A stretch of 63,893 nt of DNA, counting the filler, from Conidiobolus incongruus B7586 (taxonomy: Eukaryota): the NCBI GenBank assembly GCA_000697335.1. It is 8 parts of 8 records of this genome, joined end to end, with 100 filler letters (N's around TTAATTAATTAA, not from the genome) between each part and the next. Parts side by side here need not be neighbours in the genome. Positions count along the whole stretch, not along the records: positions 5,437 to 14,460 come from JNEM01006631.1; positions 14,561 to 16,322 come from JNEM01006632.1; positions 16,423 to 28,120 come from JNEM01006633.1; 5 more parts are not named here. One strand, written 5' to 3'. The translations under genes and the position numbers were made by a program. Position 1 is the first letter of the stretch. Each line of letters opens with the position of its first letter. Positions 10,723 to 25,342 of this stretch are shown here, piece by piece. Under the pieces are notes generated by a model that was not told the DNA's origin, did no database searches, and saw nothing but the letters and a program-made list of their open reading frames with translations.

Positions 10723-13683
10723 TCCATTGGAATTAAACTTAGAATAATATTAATATTTCAATTAAATCATTAATACATTTCAGTAGTTAAAAAAATAAAT
10801 TGTATTTTAAATGTTGAAATTCAAGTGTTTAAAGATAATTTCTAGTAAATTTATATTATATATATTAAATCAATTACAACAATCTGAATCACTATAAAAT
10901 TCAATTGAGTTTTTAGTGTATCAATAATTGAAGCATCTAATGTAATTCATTGAAAAAAATCAGTTTATTTTAAGAAACATTATATAATTTACATCATGTG
11001 ATATTGATTAAGAATATTAATTTAAATGTATATATATTATTTTTTTGATTGTAATTCAATTTCGTCACAACTACAATATATTAATTTATTGAAGAGGTAA
11101 AATGAAATTACTATTTTATATAGTTTTGATGAATTTGATTAATTTGTAATTCTTAATATACTATTAATAAGTTAATAACGTTATATAATTTGTACATTGC
11201 ACACATGACTTTTATAATTCCTGTATTCTTGATCAATACTAACTATAAGTACAATTTCAGTGATACTATTCATAATGCAATCATTATTATATAAATTAAT
11301 ATTATAAAAAATAATTGCCATTATTAGTAATTTTTACCAAAATGATATAAGATGAAAATTGTGGAATGAAATATATATTATATTATATTGTATATTTATT
11401 TTTTTTGGTTTTAGTATGATAATACATCATCTTAATATCTGTCTATTCATTCAAAAATCCTTTTTAATTGTAACATCTTTATTATACACTATTATAGAGT
11501 AATCAAGTATCTTATTAACGTATCCAGTCTAGCCTTGAAATATTAGACATTTAATTGATTAAAAAAATATTAATTAGTTAACCAACACAGGATGATATAA
11601 AGATTACATCTTTTATTTTAACAATTAGTTTAATACAATTATTTATTGAACTTTAATCTAATCATCATTTAAAAACATTAGAAATTTATTTATTTTTGAC
11701 TTTATATCAGATAACCTATCAAACAATAACTGTTCTTATAAATATATTTGAAATTTTACTATTTAAATTGAATGACTGTTTAGTTTATTAACTCATAATA
11801 CATTATTAAAATATTTTGCAGTTAAAATTTGAAATTTTTATTATTAAATTATATTAATTAAGTATATATCTATACCGTAATAATAAAAAATAAGTGATTT
11901 TTGAAATATCAAGCAAAAATCTACATTACGTTTTTGGTGGAATCCATTTAATAAAGTTATTAGAATATTTGATATATAAGTTATGGATTTTTAGCATATT
12001 TTAATAGTCAATAGAGTGAATGATGAATATAATATAAATGACTTATAGAGAATTATCAAATCTTATATTGAGAGTTATTTCAATGTAATCTGTATTATTA
12101 TTATATTATTAGAATAAATCGAAATATTTCTAGTGTTAAGGATATGTTAGCAATTTGACTAACAAAATTGAAAGCTAATTAGCGGATTGAATTAATAACT
12201 TGATCTAAATTAAGTTATAACATCAAAAAAATATATTAATTGAACTCAAAACATATATTCCAATATAAAAATTAAAATACGAAATAATAAAAATCATTGA
12301 AACAAATAAAGAAATTGTAAACTAAATTTGAAACAAAAGTATCTTCTGTTTCTCAAATAAATCATGAATTGGTCTCCCATAGTATAGGTTTTGCACTAGT
12401 AAGGATAATTAACTGCTTCAAAAGTCTCTATTTTCACTGAATTTGCAGTTTTCGGGACCTGGTAAATTTGGATAGAATTAATTAATAGGAAAGTTTAATC
12501 AAACATATTTTTTTCCATAGATAACAAATCCTAATTGTTGCGTTTGCTTATTTCCTTTGGGACAGTTAGGTTCTCAGGTACCTAATTAAATAAGTGGCAA
12601 TATAGTTATTGTAATAAATTAATGTATATTCAAGTTTAGTAATGCGATAGTTGTGTCTGTTGACTTCAATTAAGTTCATATAGCCTATATTATAACAATA
12701 TTTAATAGTTATTTTTATTAAATATTTATATTTCTATAATCATTTATATAAATCAGTATTTTTACCTTTGATTATTTACAAATTCTCATTATTGACAATA
12801 TATATTTGGAAATATAAAAGTTTATTCACTATAAAAATAATATTATCAAAAATAATATAGTAATCACTAGTTAATGCTATAAAATTTCTGGTATAAAGAT
12901 AATTTTTTTTAAAACATAAGTCACTTTAAAGTATTAATTCAATCCTACGATGATATAAGTGGTGTATCCAGAGTATATTAATTTTTTTATATAATTTTCT
13001 CTATGATATTAATCAATTTTAATATAAGTCTCTTAGAATATTAATTTATCTCTTTAATCATGATTTATAATCATTTATGGTTAACCATATACTTTGGTAA
13101 ATTATTATATAATTCCCCAAATCATTATATAATTTATTCAATAGCAATTATAGAAAAATAGCAAACTATGATTTATAAAATATAAATGGATATTGATTTT
13201 TTAAAAACTATATTAATCAGACAAAAAAATTGATATATTAGATAATTTATATAAGGCAATAGTGAAAATTACAATATTAATTTTGGTCTTATTTGAATAA
13301 ATATATTATCGAAAACTATTGTAAATATTTTTGAATTTCAAAAATTTTAATAAGGTAAAAGGATTTAATTTATTTCTTGAAAATATTTAACATCTTGCTT
13401 AGGCAAACTTTTCAAAATAGTAACATCATATAAATATTTAATAAAAATTTTGTGTCTCAAAAAATCAAAAATGATATTAATAATTTTTAATATATTGTTT
13501 TACATTAATAACATATTGAAACTATATTTTATTTGAAAAGTATTTAATCAAAATACTTTTTTCTTTAGATTTTTATATTTTATTCAATCAAACTATGTAT
13601 TAAAACTTAAATATTTTTGTATTTTTACTATATAATAAAATTAAATATCAAAATTACTTGTAATATGAAAATTATACCTATTA

Positions 13684-14460
13684 TTAGTATAGAAATTAAA
13701 AAATGGCTAATTATTTAATTTCTGGTTTTTCAAATATATTATAAATTTTGAAAGATTAGTTATAAATAAAATATACTGGAAAATAAATATTTATAAACTA
13801 TTTATATATTCATTATTATTTTTAATTAAGTTTTTTGATTTTAAGATTTATAGTTAATTTTAATTATATTTAATTTAAAAAATAATTGTCAAAAAGCTTT
13901 GATTTTTGGATTCTTAAAACTTAGATATAAATTTACAAATATTATTTAAAGTTTATAAATAACTTATCAAGATGATGTTTATTTAAAATAATTATATATT
14001 GTTATATATGTCATATTAAAGTTAAAATGCATATTATTTAAAATTTATTAAAATTTTCTCTTTTAATAATAAAACAAAATAATATATTAACCAAAACATT
14101 TTTATTTAAATTAGAGAATAATCAAGATATTTTAATATTAATTATATAAGTATATTATATATATATTTAAGTTTAAACTTAGTTTAATTGATAAAAACAT
14201 AAAATAGATATTTTATAATATAAAAAAAATTTAATAAAAAACTAGAATAACAATGGCTAAATTAAACTTATTAATATAAATTAAAAACTAAGCTTTTTTA
14301 ATAAATACTTTTAATTAATAGTGTTTAAATATTTTTATATAATCTTTTACTTAATAATAAAATAAGATATTGGGTTAAATAACATTAATCCTCTTTATAT
14401 ATTCTAATAAATAAATATTTTAAATATAAATTAATTTTAATTTTTATAATAAAATAAAAT
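13684..14460 (+). mobile_element. Degenerate mariner, 5' half (ends at gap)
   Basis: TA followed by the left TIR ttagtatagaaattaaaaaatggc; colinear with 4776 onward; heavily AT-mutated. Confidence 0.8.
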
Positions 14461-14560
14461 NNNNNNNNNNNNNNNNNNNNNNNNNNNNNNNNNNNNNNNN
14501 NNNNTTAATTAATTAANNNNNNNNNNNNNNNNNNNNNNNNNNNNNNNNNNNNNNNNNNNN

Positions 14561-16124
14561 TAAATTATGATTATATATATTATTATCAATAACTCTGTTA
14601 ATTCTTAATTAAATTAATTTAAATTAAAACATATAATAGACTTATATTATTTATTTATAGTTAAGTATATTTGATTTAATTATATTAACTTTTAATTAAT
14701 ATATTAAAATTTAAATTGTATCTAAAATTGTTATTAATTTATGGGTTTTAGTTATGGAAAGTAAATTAAGACTTAGTATATCTATCTTTTGTTTTTTAAA
14801 CTTCCTTAAGTTTATAAGGTATAGAGTCAACTAACTTCTTATATTAAGAAGGATTAATTTTGTTCTAAGCTTCTTAAATATATTCCCAAAGCTCATTTAA
14901 ATTTTTTGCTGGTGGGAAAGCTTTAATTGTTTTTTTTAACTAATCCTAAAGGTATTTAATTAGATTAAAGTTAGGGGATTAAGGAAACCACTTCATATCT
15001 ATTATTTTATTATTTTCAAACTATTTAGTAATAGAAATAGTAATATAACAAAGGGTATTATCTTGTTAAAAAATAATATTTAATTTATTTAACCTATATT
15101 ATTCTATATTTTTTTTAATTTATTGTTTAGAATATTTTAATATATTTCAATATTAATTCCCCTATTAATTTTACAAAGATACTTTACAACAGAAGATAAC
15201 ATATATCCCTAAATTATATTTAACTTATAATTATATTTTTAGGTTAAAATAATATAATAGTTATAAAGTAATTCTTTGTCTTTTTTGAAATATCTAGCTT
15301 TTTTATTAAATCTACTAAGATATATTTTTGTTTTATTAAATTAAATAACCTTACTTTAATTAGTTTCAATTCAACTTTAATAATGACATTTAAACTCCCA
15401 CCTAATTTTATAATAGGACTTTTTTAGTTAAGGGTGTTTTTTCTTAAAATATAAATGATATCTATTACAATATAAAATATATATAATAATTTTAATACTA
15501 ACTAATATTCCTATATAGTCTTGTAATTTTTTCTATACTTTTATAATAGTATTATACTTACCTGTATTAATTAACCTATAAATATACCTTTTATCATATT
15601 TATTTATAATCCTAGCATACTTAAGTTTAAGTTTAAATATAACCTTATTATAATTTTTAATAACCTTAACTATAGTAAACTAATTAGCACTAGTAATTCC
15701 AGCAATCTCATAAGTTGATTTACCTTTACTATAGAGTTGATTAATATATAAGTGAATTTTTTTTAAAAAGGGATTTAGGTATTTTAATACTAATATTATT
15801 TAAAATAACAATTTGCAATAATAAAATTAGTATATATATATATATATATATAGTTTAATAAAAGAAAAAATAATATAAGTAATTTTTATTTTATATATCT
15901 TTTTAATTTTTAAACATATAAATTTATGACTCACCTTATTTAAAATTTATGATTTGATATATTAACCAATAAAATATTAAATATAATTAAATATAACCTA
16001 TTATAATCAAGTAATATACCTTAATTATATATTTTAATTTAAATTAATTTAGTTAAGAATTATTTAAATTATAGGTAAATATATAAGTGATTTTTATTTT
16101 ATGACTTACTTTTGCAAGCTAGTG
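14561..16124 (-). mobile_element. Degenerate Tc1-like (DD34E) transposon with long TIRs
   Basis: Reverse complement aligns to 1-1287. Terminus gacttacttttgcaagctagtg then TA at 16125. Internal inverted similarity of about 200 bp at both ends. Confidence 0.8.
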
Positions 16125-16422
16125 TATAATTATATTTTTAAATAGTATATATTTTAGTTTAATATAAATATATATTTAAAATAATTTATGAGATAATATA
16201 ATATATAATATAAGTTTATATAATATTGAAAAATAATATTATTATTTTTAAAATATTCTTATATATTAAGTAAATAGTAAAATATAAAGAAAGCTATTAA
16301 CTAGATAAATTAATATTATTAANNNNNNNNNNNNNNNNNNNNNNNNNNNNNNNNNNNNNNNNNNNNTTAATTAATTAANNNNNNNNNNNNNNNNNNNNNN
16401 NNNNNNNNNNNNNNNNNNNNNN

Positions 16423-16914
16423 TCAAATATATTATCCTTATATCTTCAATATATAAATAACCAAATGGTTTTTAAATGAAAATATAAAGATATTTTTTAA
16501 TTTTTTTATTTAATTAATACTTAAAAAAATAATAATGAAAATTAGTTTTTTAAAATTTAATAAGTTTTAAATCATTTTTTACATTTTGAAATAATTTAAC
16601 CAATAATAGATAATTAGTTTAAATAAAAAAAAATTTAAAATTACTAATAATTCATATAATTTTATAAAACATATGGTTAAGTTTTATTAATATTTAACAA
16701 AAGACTTTTGATGACTGTTTAGTTTTAGTATAATTAAATTAAATATTAAAATTTTTGAAAATTAGTTTTTTTTATAAAAAAACATTATATATCCATATAT
16801 AAAGTTCAAAATTATATATTCTCTTAGTAATTTTTTGTATATTTTTTTATAACTTAAAATATATTTAAAAAATAGGTAATTAAAAAATTTCCTATTTTTT
16901 TATTTCTATAATGA
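16423..16914 (-). mobile_element. Degenerate mariner 5' fragment
   Basis: Colinear with 60250-60744 and 26200-27076; decayed TIR aaaaatttcctattttttatttctataatga. Confidence 0.65.
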
Positions 16915-18704
16915 TAAGTAAATTAATTTATATTATTAAGAATTATTTACATATAAATATATAATTTAATTAATTAGTCAATCTAATTCTATTATCTTTG
17001 TTTAATATCATACCATCTTTTCTAACTTAAATAAATGAATATTCTTTAAATACAAAATAGCATTTGTTTTTAATATACGTTATGTTAATATAATTTAAAA
17101 AACTTACTATACTTCTAATTGATAATAAATCCAAAAATTAAATATACTCACTGATATATTAAATTGATAGTATCACTATTGATTTGACTTTTCTTTTTTA
17201 ATATACTATATTCACAACTAATTACTATCACATAGGCAATTACAAATTATATTTTCAACGAAATTTTTGGAAATAATTTAATTTCATTGGCAAAATATTG
17301 ATGTTTAATTTTTAATATATATTAACTATTTTTTAGGTATTAGAAATTTAAAAAGATATATACTACAAAGTTATTAATATAGAAAGGTGATAGCTGAATA
17401 TATAATAAATATATGTACAATATATAATAGGACTTATCTTAAAATATAATTGAAAAAAACTAGATAATTAATATATATATTGATATTATTTTAATGTTTT
17501 TTTAATTATGGTTATTTAAAGTATTAAATGATGAATTTTATATATTTTAAGTTTTTGACAATTATTCCAACTATAACAGTAACTAAATACTTAGATACCA
17601 TAAAATAACTCATTGAATATATCAAATAAGTATAATACTATCTTAATGGCAAAATATATTTAAAATAACATAGAAATTTATTCTTGAATTTATTGAGTAT
17701 TTAGCATACTTGTAGTGAATATTGAACAATTTACTCTTCAATAATAGATTTAATATATTAAGAAATTGATAGTATGCAATAGAGCTTGTTTTGAATATAT
17801 AATGTTAAATAATTAGATATTTAAAATATTTAATTTTAAATAAATAAATTTTTAAACTAATTTAAATTTGATCCCGTATCATTGGTGGAAAGAGTACAGT
17901 TTTTAATTACAAATTATATATTTTAAAGCTATATTATTCATTGATATATTATATTTAGAAAGTATTTCAACAATATTCGGTGATTTATTAAAAAAAGTGA
18001 TTAATACCTGACCTCACCATTCAGTTATGGCTGCCCAAAGATATGCAAAAACATATTTCAAAATTTGATTATTGTATTACTCGAATTACTTCAGAATAAT
18101 GGAATTTCAAATTCTTAAAATTATATTAAAAATTAAGTTTTTTTTATTTATAATCAATTTGTTTTAAAACCATATAAATTTTGTTATTTTTCAAATAATA
18201 CCAATATAAAAAACTATGGAATTATATATATTTTATTTTTCTATAACTCATCATTACATTTCATTCAAATTAAGAAATTCAATTCGCAATAATTTTAATA
18301 TAATTAAACATTTGATTTTTGGCTATTATTCTATTGATCTTATTCATTATCTATAAAATATTATTCCAGTTTTGAACAAAAAAGATAGACTTGAAAAAAT
18401 TAAATATGAAAAGTGGTGATTGAAATCGAAGTATCTTGTCATTTTACTTTTGTTTCAACAGCATTTCATCAATATGTAATCCATTTGTAATAATTCAATA
18501 AAATAATTGGAATCAATCTGATAAATCTAACAAATCCACCAAATCGGAATCAAGTCACAAGTTTTGGATTTTACCAGTCCCACAATATTATTTGATATTA
18601 AATTGTCATTCTATTTTAAATAAATATATGCTTAATATAATGTTCATTGATTAACTCTCAATTTTAAAAAAAATTAAACAAAAAGTAAATCAAAGCTAAA
18701 GAAA

Positions 18705-20349
18705 ATGGGATCATTTACAACTATCAGTCCAAGTACCAATAAACCACTACAAACTGAACAATTTGCAAGTGACGAAGAGTTGAAAAAAGTCATCCAAAAC
18801 TCTCATCAAGCGTATTTAAATTGGCGAAATGTCAATTTAGATAAACGTATTAAAGTAGTTCAACAATTCATCGACCATTTTAAATCCCAGAAGGAAGAAA
18901 TTGCTAGAGATATTGCAGTGACTATGGGAAGGTAGATATTTGATTTGATCAATTTGTAAAATGCTAACAGTTGGTAGACCTATTCGTTATTGCGGAGGCG
19001 AAGTCGACACCACTATTAAGAGGATTGAAAAATTAATGGAAATAGCTCGCGAAAAACTAAAACCTTTTACAACTACAGGTGGTAAGGGCCAAGAATTCCA
19101 CATGTTCATCCAACGAGTACCAATCGGCCCTGTTCTTCTAATCACCCCTTGGAATTTCCCTTACCTTACATCTATTAATGGTATCATTCCCAATATTTTA
19201 GCTGGTAATTCCGTGATTTTGAAGACCTCACCACAAACCCCTAACATTGGTAAATTTTATGAGAGGGCTTTTAAGAGGACAGAATTGTCGAAGGATGTGT
19301 TCCAGTTCGTTCATTTGGACGAAGCTGGTATTGAACAGTGTATTGCTAATGAATTGATCAAATTTGTCAACTTTACGGGCTCGGTTAAAAATGGCAAATG
19401 GATTAAGAAATTGTGCGGTGATAGACTTATTAGTAAGCTTTTTAAATCAATTTAATACATCAATCTAACAATTTCTTTAGACTGTGGTCTCGAACTCGGT
19501 GGTAAAGACGCGGCTTATGTTCGTCCCGATACCGACGTTCAATTCGCCGCTGAGGAACTCGTGGACGGTGCTATTTTCAACAATGGTCAAAGTTGCTGCT
19601 CCATCGAAAGAATCTACGTCCACGAGAAAGTATATGACGAGTTTATTGCGAAATTCCAGCAAATTGCTCAAGGTTACGTTTTGGGAGATCCTTTGGATCC
19701 CGAGACGACTTTAGGACCAGTAGTTTCGAAACAATCCGCCGACTTTGTAAGAGGTCAGGTGAACGAAGCTCGTAAGTTCATAACTCTATATTTTTCTACC
19801 CTATACTAATAAATATTTAGTTGCTATGGGTGCTATCGATTTAATCGATCATTCTAAATTCCCTCTTGACAAAGTAAATCAATCATATGATAAGGATCAT
19901 GATATCATAATTTACTAATACGAATTTAGCCTGGTTCCAATTACGTATCACCCCACGTCTTAGTTAATGTCAACCATAAGATGTCCATTATGAAGGATGA
20001 GTCTTTCGCTCCGGTTGTCGGTATTATGAAGGTAATTCAACACTTTAAAGTTCATAATATCATATTTTAATCATTATATTAGGTCAAGGACGACAATGAA
20101 GCCATCCACTTAATGAATGACAGCGAATTTGGTCTCACATGTTCCGTGTGGACCAATGACGAGACTAAAATGCTTGAAATTGCCCAAAAATTAGAAACCG
20201 GTACTGTTTTCATGAATCGCTGCGATTATCCCGACGCCAGTTTGGCTTGGGTAGGTGTCAAGAACTCCGGACTCGGATGTACATTGAGCGAAGTTGGGTT
20301 TGAGGCAATTACCAGACCTAAGAGTTTCCATTTAAAGCGTAAACTTTAA
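18705..20349 (+). CDS. Aldehyde dehydrogenase, 6 exons: 18705-18931, 18978-19432, 19481-19771, 19821-19873, 19930-20031, 20083-20349
   Basis: Spliced product has ITPWNFP, FTGS, LELGGKD (catalytic Glu), GQSCCSIERIYVH (catalytic Cys) and ESFAPVVGI. Five GT-AG introns of about 46-56 nt, most with CTAAY branch sites. Resembles the uncharacterised EDX86601-like ALDH subfamily (inference). Confidence 0.92.
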
Positions 20350-20958
20350 GTGGTAGAAAGTGAAGAATAAATTGTTTATATTTCTCCAATCTTTACCTCA
20401 TTATTTCAATTTTGTGTGTAAATGATAACATTTCGAAATTTAATTTATTATAACAAATATCAATTAAATTCATCTATTAACTTTTTCCATAAATTTAATT
20501 TGGACCACAATAAATGTTTTCAATTACAACAAAATTCAAATATTTTAAAATTAATTGTAAAAATCGTTGTCTTCATAATTATAATTTCAATATTTGATTA
20601 ATTGATATTTGATGTAAAAATCAAACTTGAATCTCATATTTTATTCAATTATATCCAATATCAATTTATTTATTTTCAATTCATTCAAAATATTATCTGA
20701 AAATATTATATTCATTAAGCTTAATAAAGTTGAGTTATGATTAATATCTTGATCCAAGATAAATATATTCATTATTTGAAATCCTAAAATAATTAATTTA
20801 TATATTGAACCTAAGTATAGTGTATTAATTTTCCTGAGTTTCCATATTTTACAAACCTTAAGGATATACCTTAAAATTTGCAATATTGATTAGTATTTTG
20901 ATAACAAAAATACACTAGTAGCCTTTAATAGCACTATAATGAGTTATAGCTAAAACTA

Positions 20959-22222
20959 TTTCTCTGAATTTTTAAATATGGGAATTTTTTGAAATTAAAA
21001 ATAAATAAACATTTTAATATATAATATATAAAAATAAATATATAATATAAATTTAATAGTTTTTTTTTAATATTAATAGCTTTTTCTACACTTTTAGCAA
21101 ACTTCTAACATTTAAAAAATAATTCTTTTTATTAAAGATTAAAATTTAATATTTTACAAACTAATTAAATTTTCTTGTAAAAATTTTCTTTCTTATAAAT
21201 TAATTTTTTAATTACCTAAAGCAATTATAATCACATAAGTTACAATCTAAAGAATATATTGAATATGGTAGTTTTTTCCAGTTATTTTTAATTAAAAAGT
21301 TTTTTATAGCTTTAAATTTATGTATTTTATAATTATCCTGTAAAATTTTAGGTTTTCACAAATTATATTAAGAATATTAATTAAAAATACTTTTATTTAA
21401 AAAAGTAATATAAAGTTTACTATTATTATTTTTCCTTTAGGATCTAAATAAAAATAGCATATATATTATTATTTAATATAATAATTAATATTTTTTTATT
21501 AACAAAATGTCTACTTAAAGGGATTTATAAAGAAAGTTGTTTTAATTTAATATAATATTTTAATTTGTGTTTTAATAAAGTATTATATATAAAAATTTTA
21601 GATTTAATAATTATAGTTATTTGTTATAAAAATTTAAACTTCTAGTAATATTTTTATAAGTTTTATTTAGCAATAACTATTTTAACTTTTTTTAAGCTTT
21701 AATTAAATTATAAGGTGTTTATTTTATATTTTTATTTATTAATTTGAGTTTACATTTTAATATATATAAAATCCTTATAAAACTAATATTAAAATACTTA
21801 GATAATTCTTTAATTGAAATAAAAAGGTACTTTTTAATATATATTTTCATTCTATTAATAATTAAAAAAAATAATAGTTGAAGTTAATATTTTAGAATTT
21901 AACAAGTTTTATATAGTTTCTTTTTTAATTTTATAATGATTTATCTAATGATAAGTTGTTAATTTAAATAATACCTTATTAATAGAAGTTACTTGTAAAC
22001 TTTAAATAATTTTAGAGAGTTTATAATTAAGTTTTATTAATATTAAATAAAAAACTTTTGATAATCATTATTTAATTTAAAAATATTTAAATTAAATAAC
22101 TAATTTTAAAAAATTAATTTTTTTATGAAATAAAATTATTATATATATATATATTAAAAATATATAATTTTATATTAATTTTATATATATTTATTTATTT
22201 TAAATTAATAATATACTTTAAA
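20959..22222 (-). mobile_element. Degenerate mariner (second subfamily), truncated by a gypsy insertion
   Basis: TIR tttctctgaatttttaaatatgggaattttt; colinear with 59422-60744; sequence switches abruptly to an LTR at 22223. Confidence 0.8.
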
Positions 22223-22617
22223 TATAAGTGTAGTGGTAGTTAAACCAATATAGTGTAAAGGAAAACTTAATATAAAAATAGTGTGTGTAGAATGTGGTAA
22301 TATAATATAGCTGTAGTGTGCAAGTATAAATAAAGTTTAATTAAGCTTTGAACTAGGATAAGTTACTGATATATTAAGATTTATATTAGGTAGTGCCAAT
22401 ATCATATAATATTAATAGAATATAGTTTTAATTTTAGAAATAGTGTAAAAGTAAAAAATAGTAAGAATTGAGAAAAAAAAGAACCTAATTTATTAAATAA
22501 TTTAATGCTATTTATACAATTAATTTAACTATATAAGTATAAATTAATTATATAATTTATAGTTAATTAGATTATATGAAAATATATATAAGAATTTAAA
22601 GAATTAGTCTCTTAACA
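22223..22617 (-). repeat. 3' LTR of the chromovirus (family LTR-A)
   Basis: Reverse complement of 27698-28096 and 26490-26887. Confidence 0.9.
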
Positions 22618-25342
22618 CTCCCCTAGTAGGTTTTTTAAAAGAGACACACTCCTTAAATTTTTACAAATAGGTATAATAAGCTAAAGTATTTTTAATATTT
22701 TCTAGGGGTTCTTATATAGTTTCTTTAATAGGATAACCTATCTATTTTACATAAAAGTAAAGCTTATTCCTAATTGATTTAGATTTAATTATGTAATTAA
22801 TATAGTATTTTTCTTCTCTATCTTAATTAATAATTAAATCTAGTTTTGGGGTTTTTAATCAATTAGGAAAAGTGTTAAAATCTTCAAAGTATAGTTTAAT
22901 TTTAGATATGTAAAAGGTAAAGTTAATCCTTAAAGTTAGAAGTAATTACAAAGTAATATTTTTAAAATTTGAATCAATAGATTAAATTTTATAAAGACTA
23001 TAATATAATAGTAAGTATTTGGGATTTAAGCTAGATTTAAGTAGGGTAAGTTTAAAAGTAAATTATTCTAAGTATACAAACATGTTAATTTTATATTTAA
23101 GAGGATTTCTAGATAACTTTAAGTATTGTTGTTTTATAATCTTTTAATTTTCTTCTAAGTTAAATTTAACAAGGGAATTAATATGTTTGATATTAGATTA
23201 AAATTCAACAATATTTAAAGTTGATTTAAAGTTTTAGAGTAATTATTAAGTTAGGATATTTGTTATAATTAATAAAATAAAGGGTAAAACCTGTTGATTT
23301 GTTAATAAAAGTGTTGAATAAATATTAAAGTTGGTAGATATAGGTATTTTAATTTAACTAATTAGTGTTAATATAAGCTCTAATTATTTACTTTAAGGTT
23401 TTAATAGTTTTTTTTAATAAGTTTATTAGTTTAATAATAATTAGTAGTAGACATAGCTAGATTAATTTTTAAGGAAAAGGATAATAACTTCTAGAATTAA
23501 AAGTTGAATTATATATCTTTATCAGATACAATAGTTTGTAAAATTCTATAATAGGTAAAAATATTAGAGAATAACAATTGTATAATATCTTTAACTATAG
23601 AAGTTTTGAAATAAAGAATAAAATAAGCATATTTAGAAAATAAATCAATTAAAATTAATAAGTTATTATAATTATTTGTTGATTTAAAAATTTGTATGAA
23701 ATCAAGCTGGATTTGTTATTAAGTTTTATTAGGGACTTATAGGGGAATAAATTTACTATATTTTAATTGAATATTATATTTAGTTCTTTAGTATATATCA
23801 CAGGTATTAGTGTATTTCTAAACTAATTTAACTAGGGAAAGCTAGTAGTACTTTATTTTAATTCTCTCAGCAGTTTTTAACTAGTTTTAATATCCTTTAA
23901 CAGGTAAATTATAGCATTCATTAAATATTGTTTGTTAAATTTTAAGAATATCAAGAACATATAAACAATTATAATAGTATAGTAAGTTATTGATAATTTT
24001 AAATCTTTTAACATATTTTAATTGGTTTTCTAATAGTTTAAAGAGTTCTTCTTTAACTAAAATAAAGAAATTATTATTTAATAGTGTTTCTTAAAATAGT
24101 ATAATAAATTCTTTAATTCTTTTATTAATAATCATTAAGTTATTATTTGCTGAGTTTTTACAATTAAAACAAAAGGGTAGGTATATAAGATTTCTTAACA
24201 AAATATCTATAATATGGTTTTATTAACCTAAAAGATATTGAATAAAGAAAAGGTAAGCTTGGATAGTTTTAATTTATTTAACTTATCTTTTTAATAAATA
24301 CTTCTGAGTATTTAAATAGATAAGTGATTTATAATTTGTAAATATTAAAAAAATTGTAGGATAAGAAATATAAGTGATTTTTGATTATTTTTACTAAAGT
24401 AAAAAGTTCTTGTTTATAAACTAAGTATTTCAATTTAGCTGGTTTTATTTTTCTTAACTAGAATGTCATTAGTTTTAAAACAACATTTATAAGGTTAAAC
24501 TCAATTTATTCTCCTTTGTTTATTATTTTATCTTATAATTATAGTGTAAAATATAAATTAAATTCAAACTAGGTTAATTATTTATTAATTATAAAAGAAT
24601 TAAAGTTAGTAAAAATAATAGTAGGTAGTTTTAGATTAAAGATTAATAAAGTAAAAACATTAGTAATATAGAAAATCAAAGCATTTATATAGAAAGTATA
24701 TAATAGGGTTTATTCAAAAAGAGAGTCTTTCTTTAAAAAATCAATAAGAAGAGTAGTAAGTTCAATAAAAAAATCAATGAAATTTTTAAAATAATTTAAT
24801 AATTTAAGTATAAACATAAGTTAATCTTTGTTTATAAATATAATAAAAGCTTTAACACCATTAAATTTAGTTAAATTAATATTAATTCTTTAAGAGGAAA
24901 TAATATAACTATAGAAAAAATAGAAGAGACACTAAAAATATATTTTAATAGTTTTAAAGATAATTTATTTTCTTGAATAATTTGTAAAACCTAAATAATA
25001 TGTTAAATATATTCTTTTTTAATCTTTAAATAGATTAAGATATTATTAAAGTAAGTAATAATAAAGTTATTAAAAACAGGGTTGAAAAAGGAATTGATAA
25101 ATTAAGTAAAAGTTACAAAAACATTACACAATTTAAAGTTTATAATAGTAAATTTATAATAACCTAAAAAAATATTGAAAGTAATTAAAAGGATAGAATT
25201 TTCTTTAACTTTAATATTATAATATCTATTCTTAATATCTAGTTTAATAAATATAGTTGATTTAAGTAGTTTATCTTTAACATTATATAAGTTTAATAAT
25301 AAAGTTTTATCCTTGATAGTTTTAGAGTTTAAAATATAGTTA

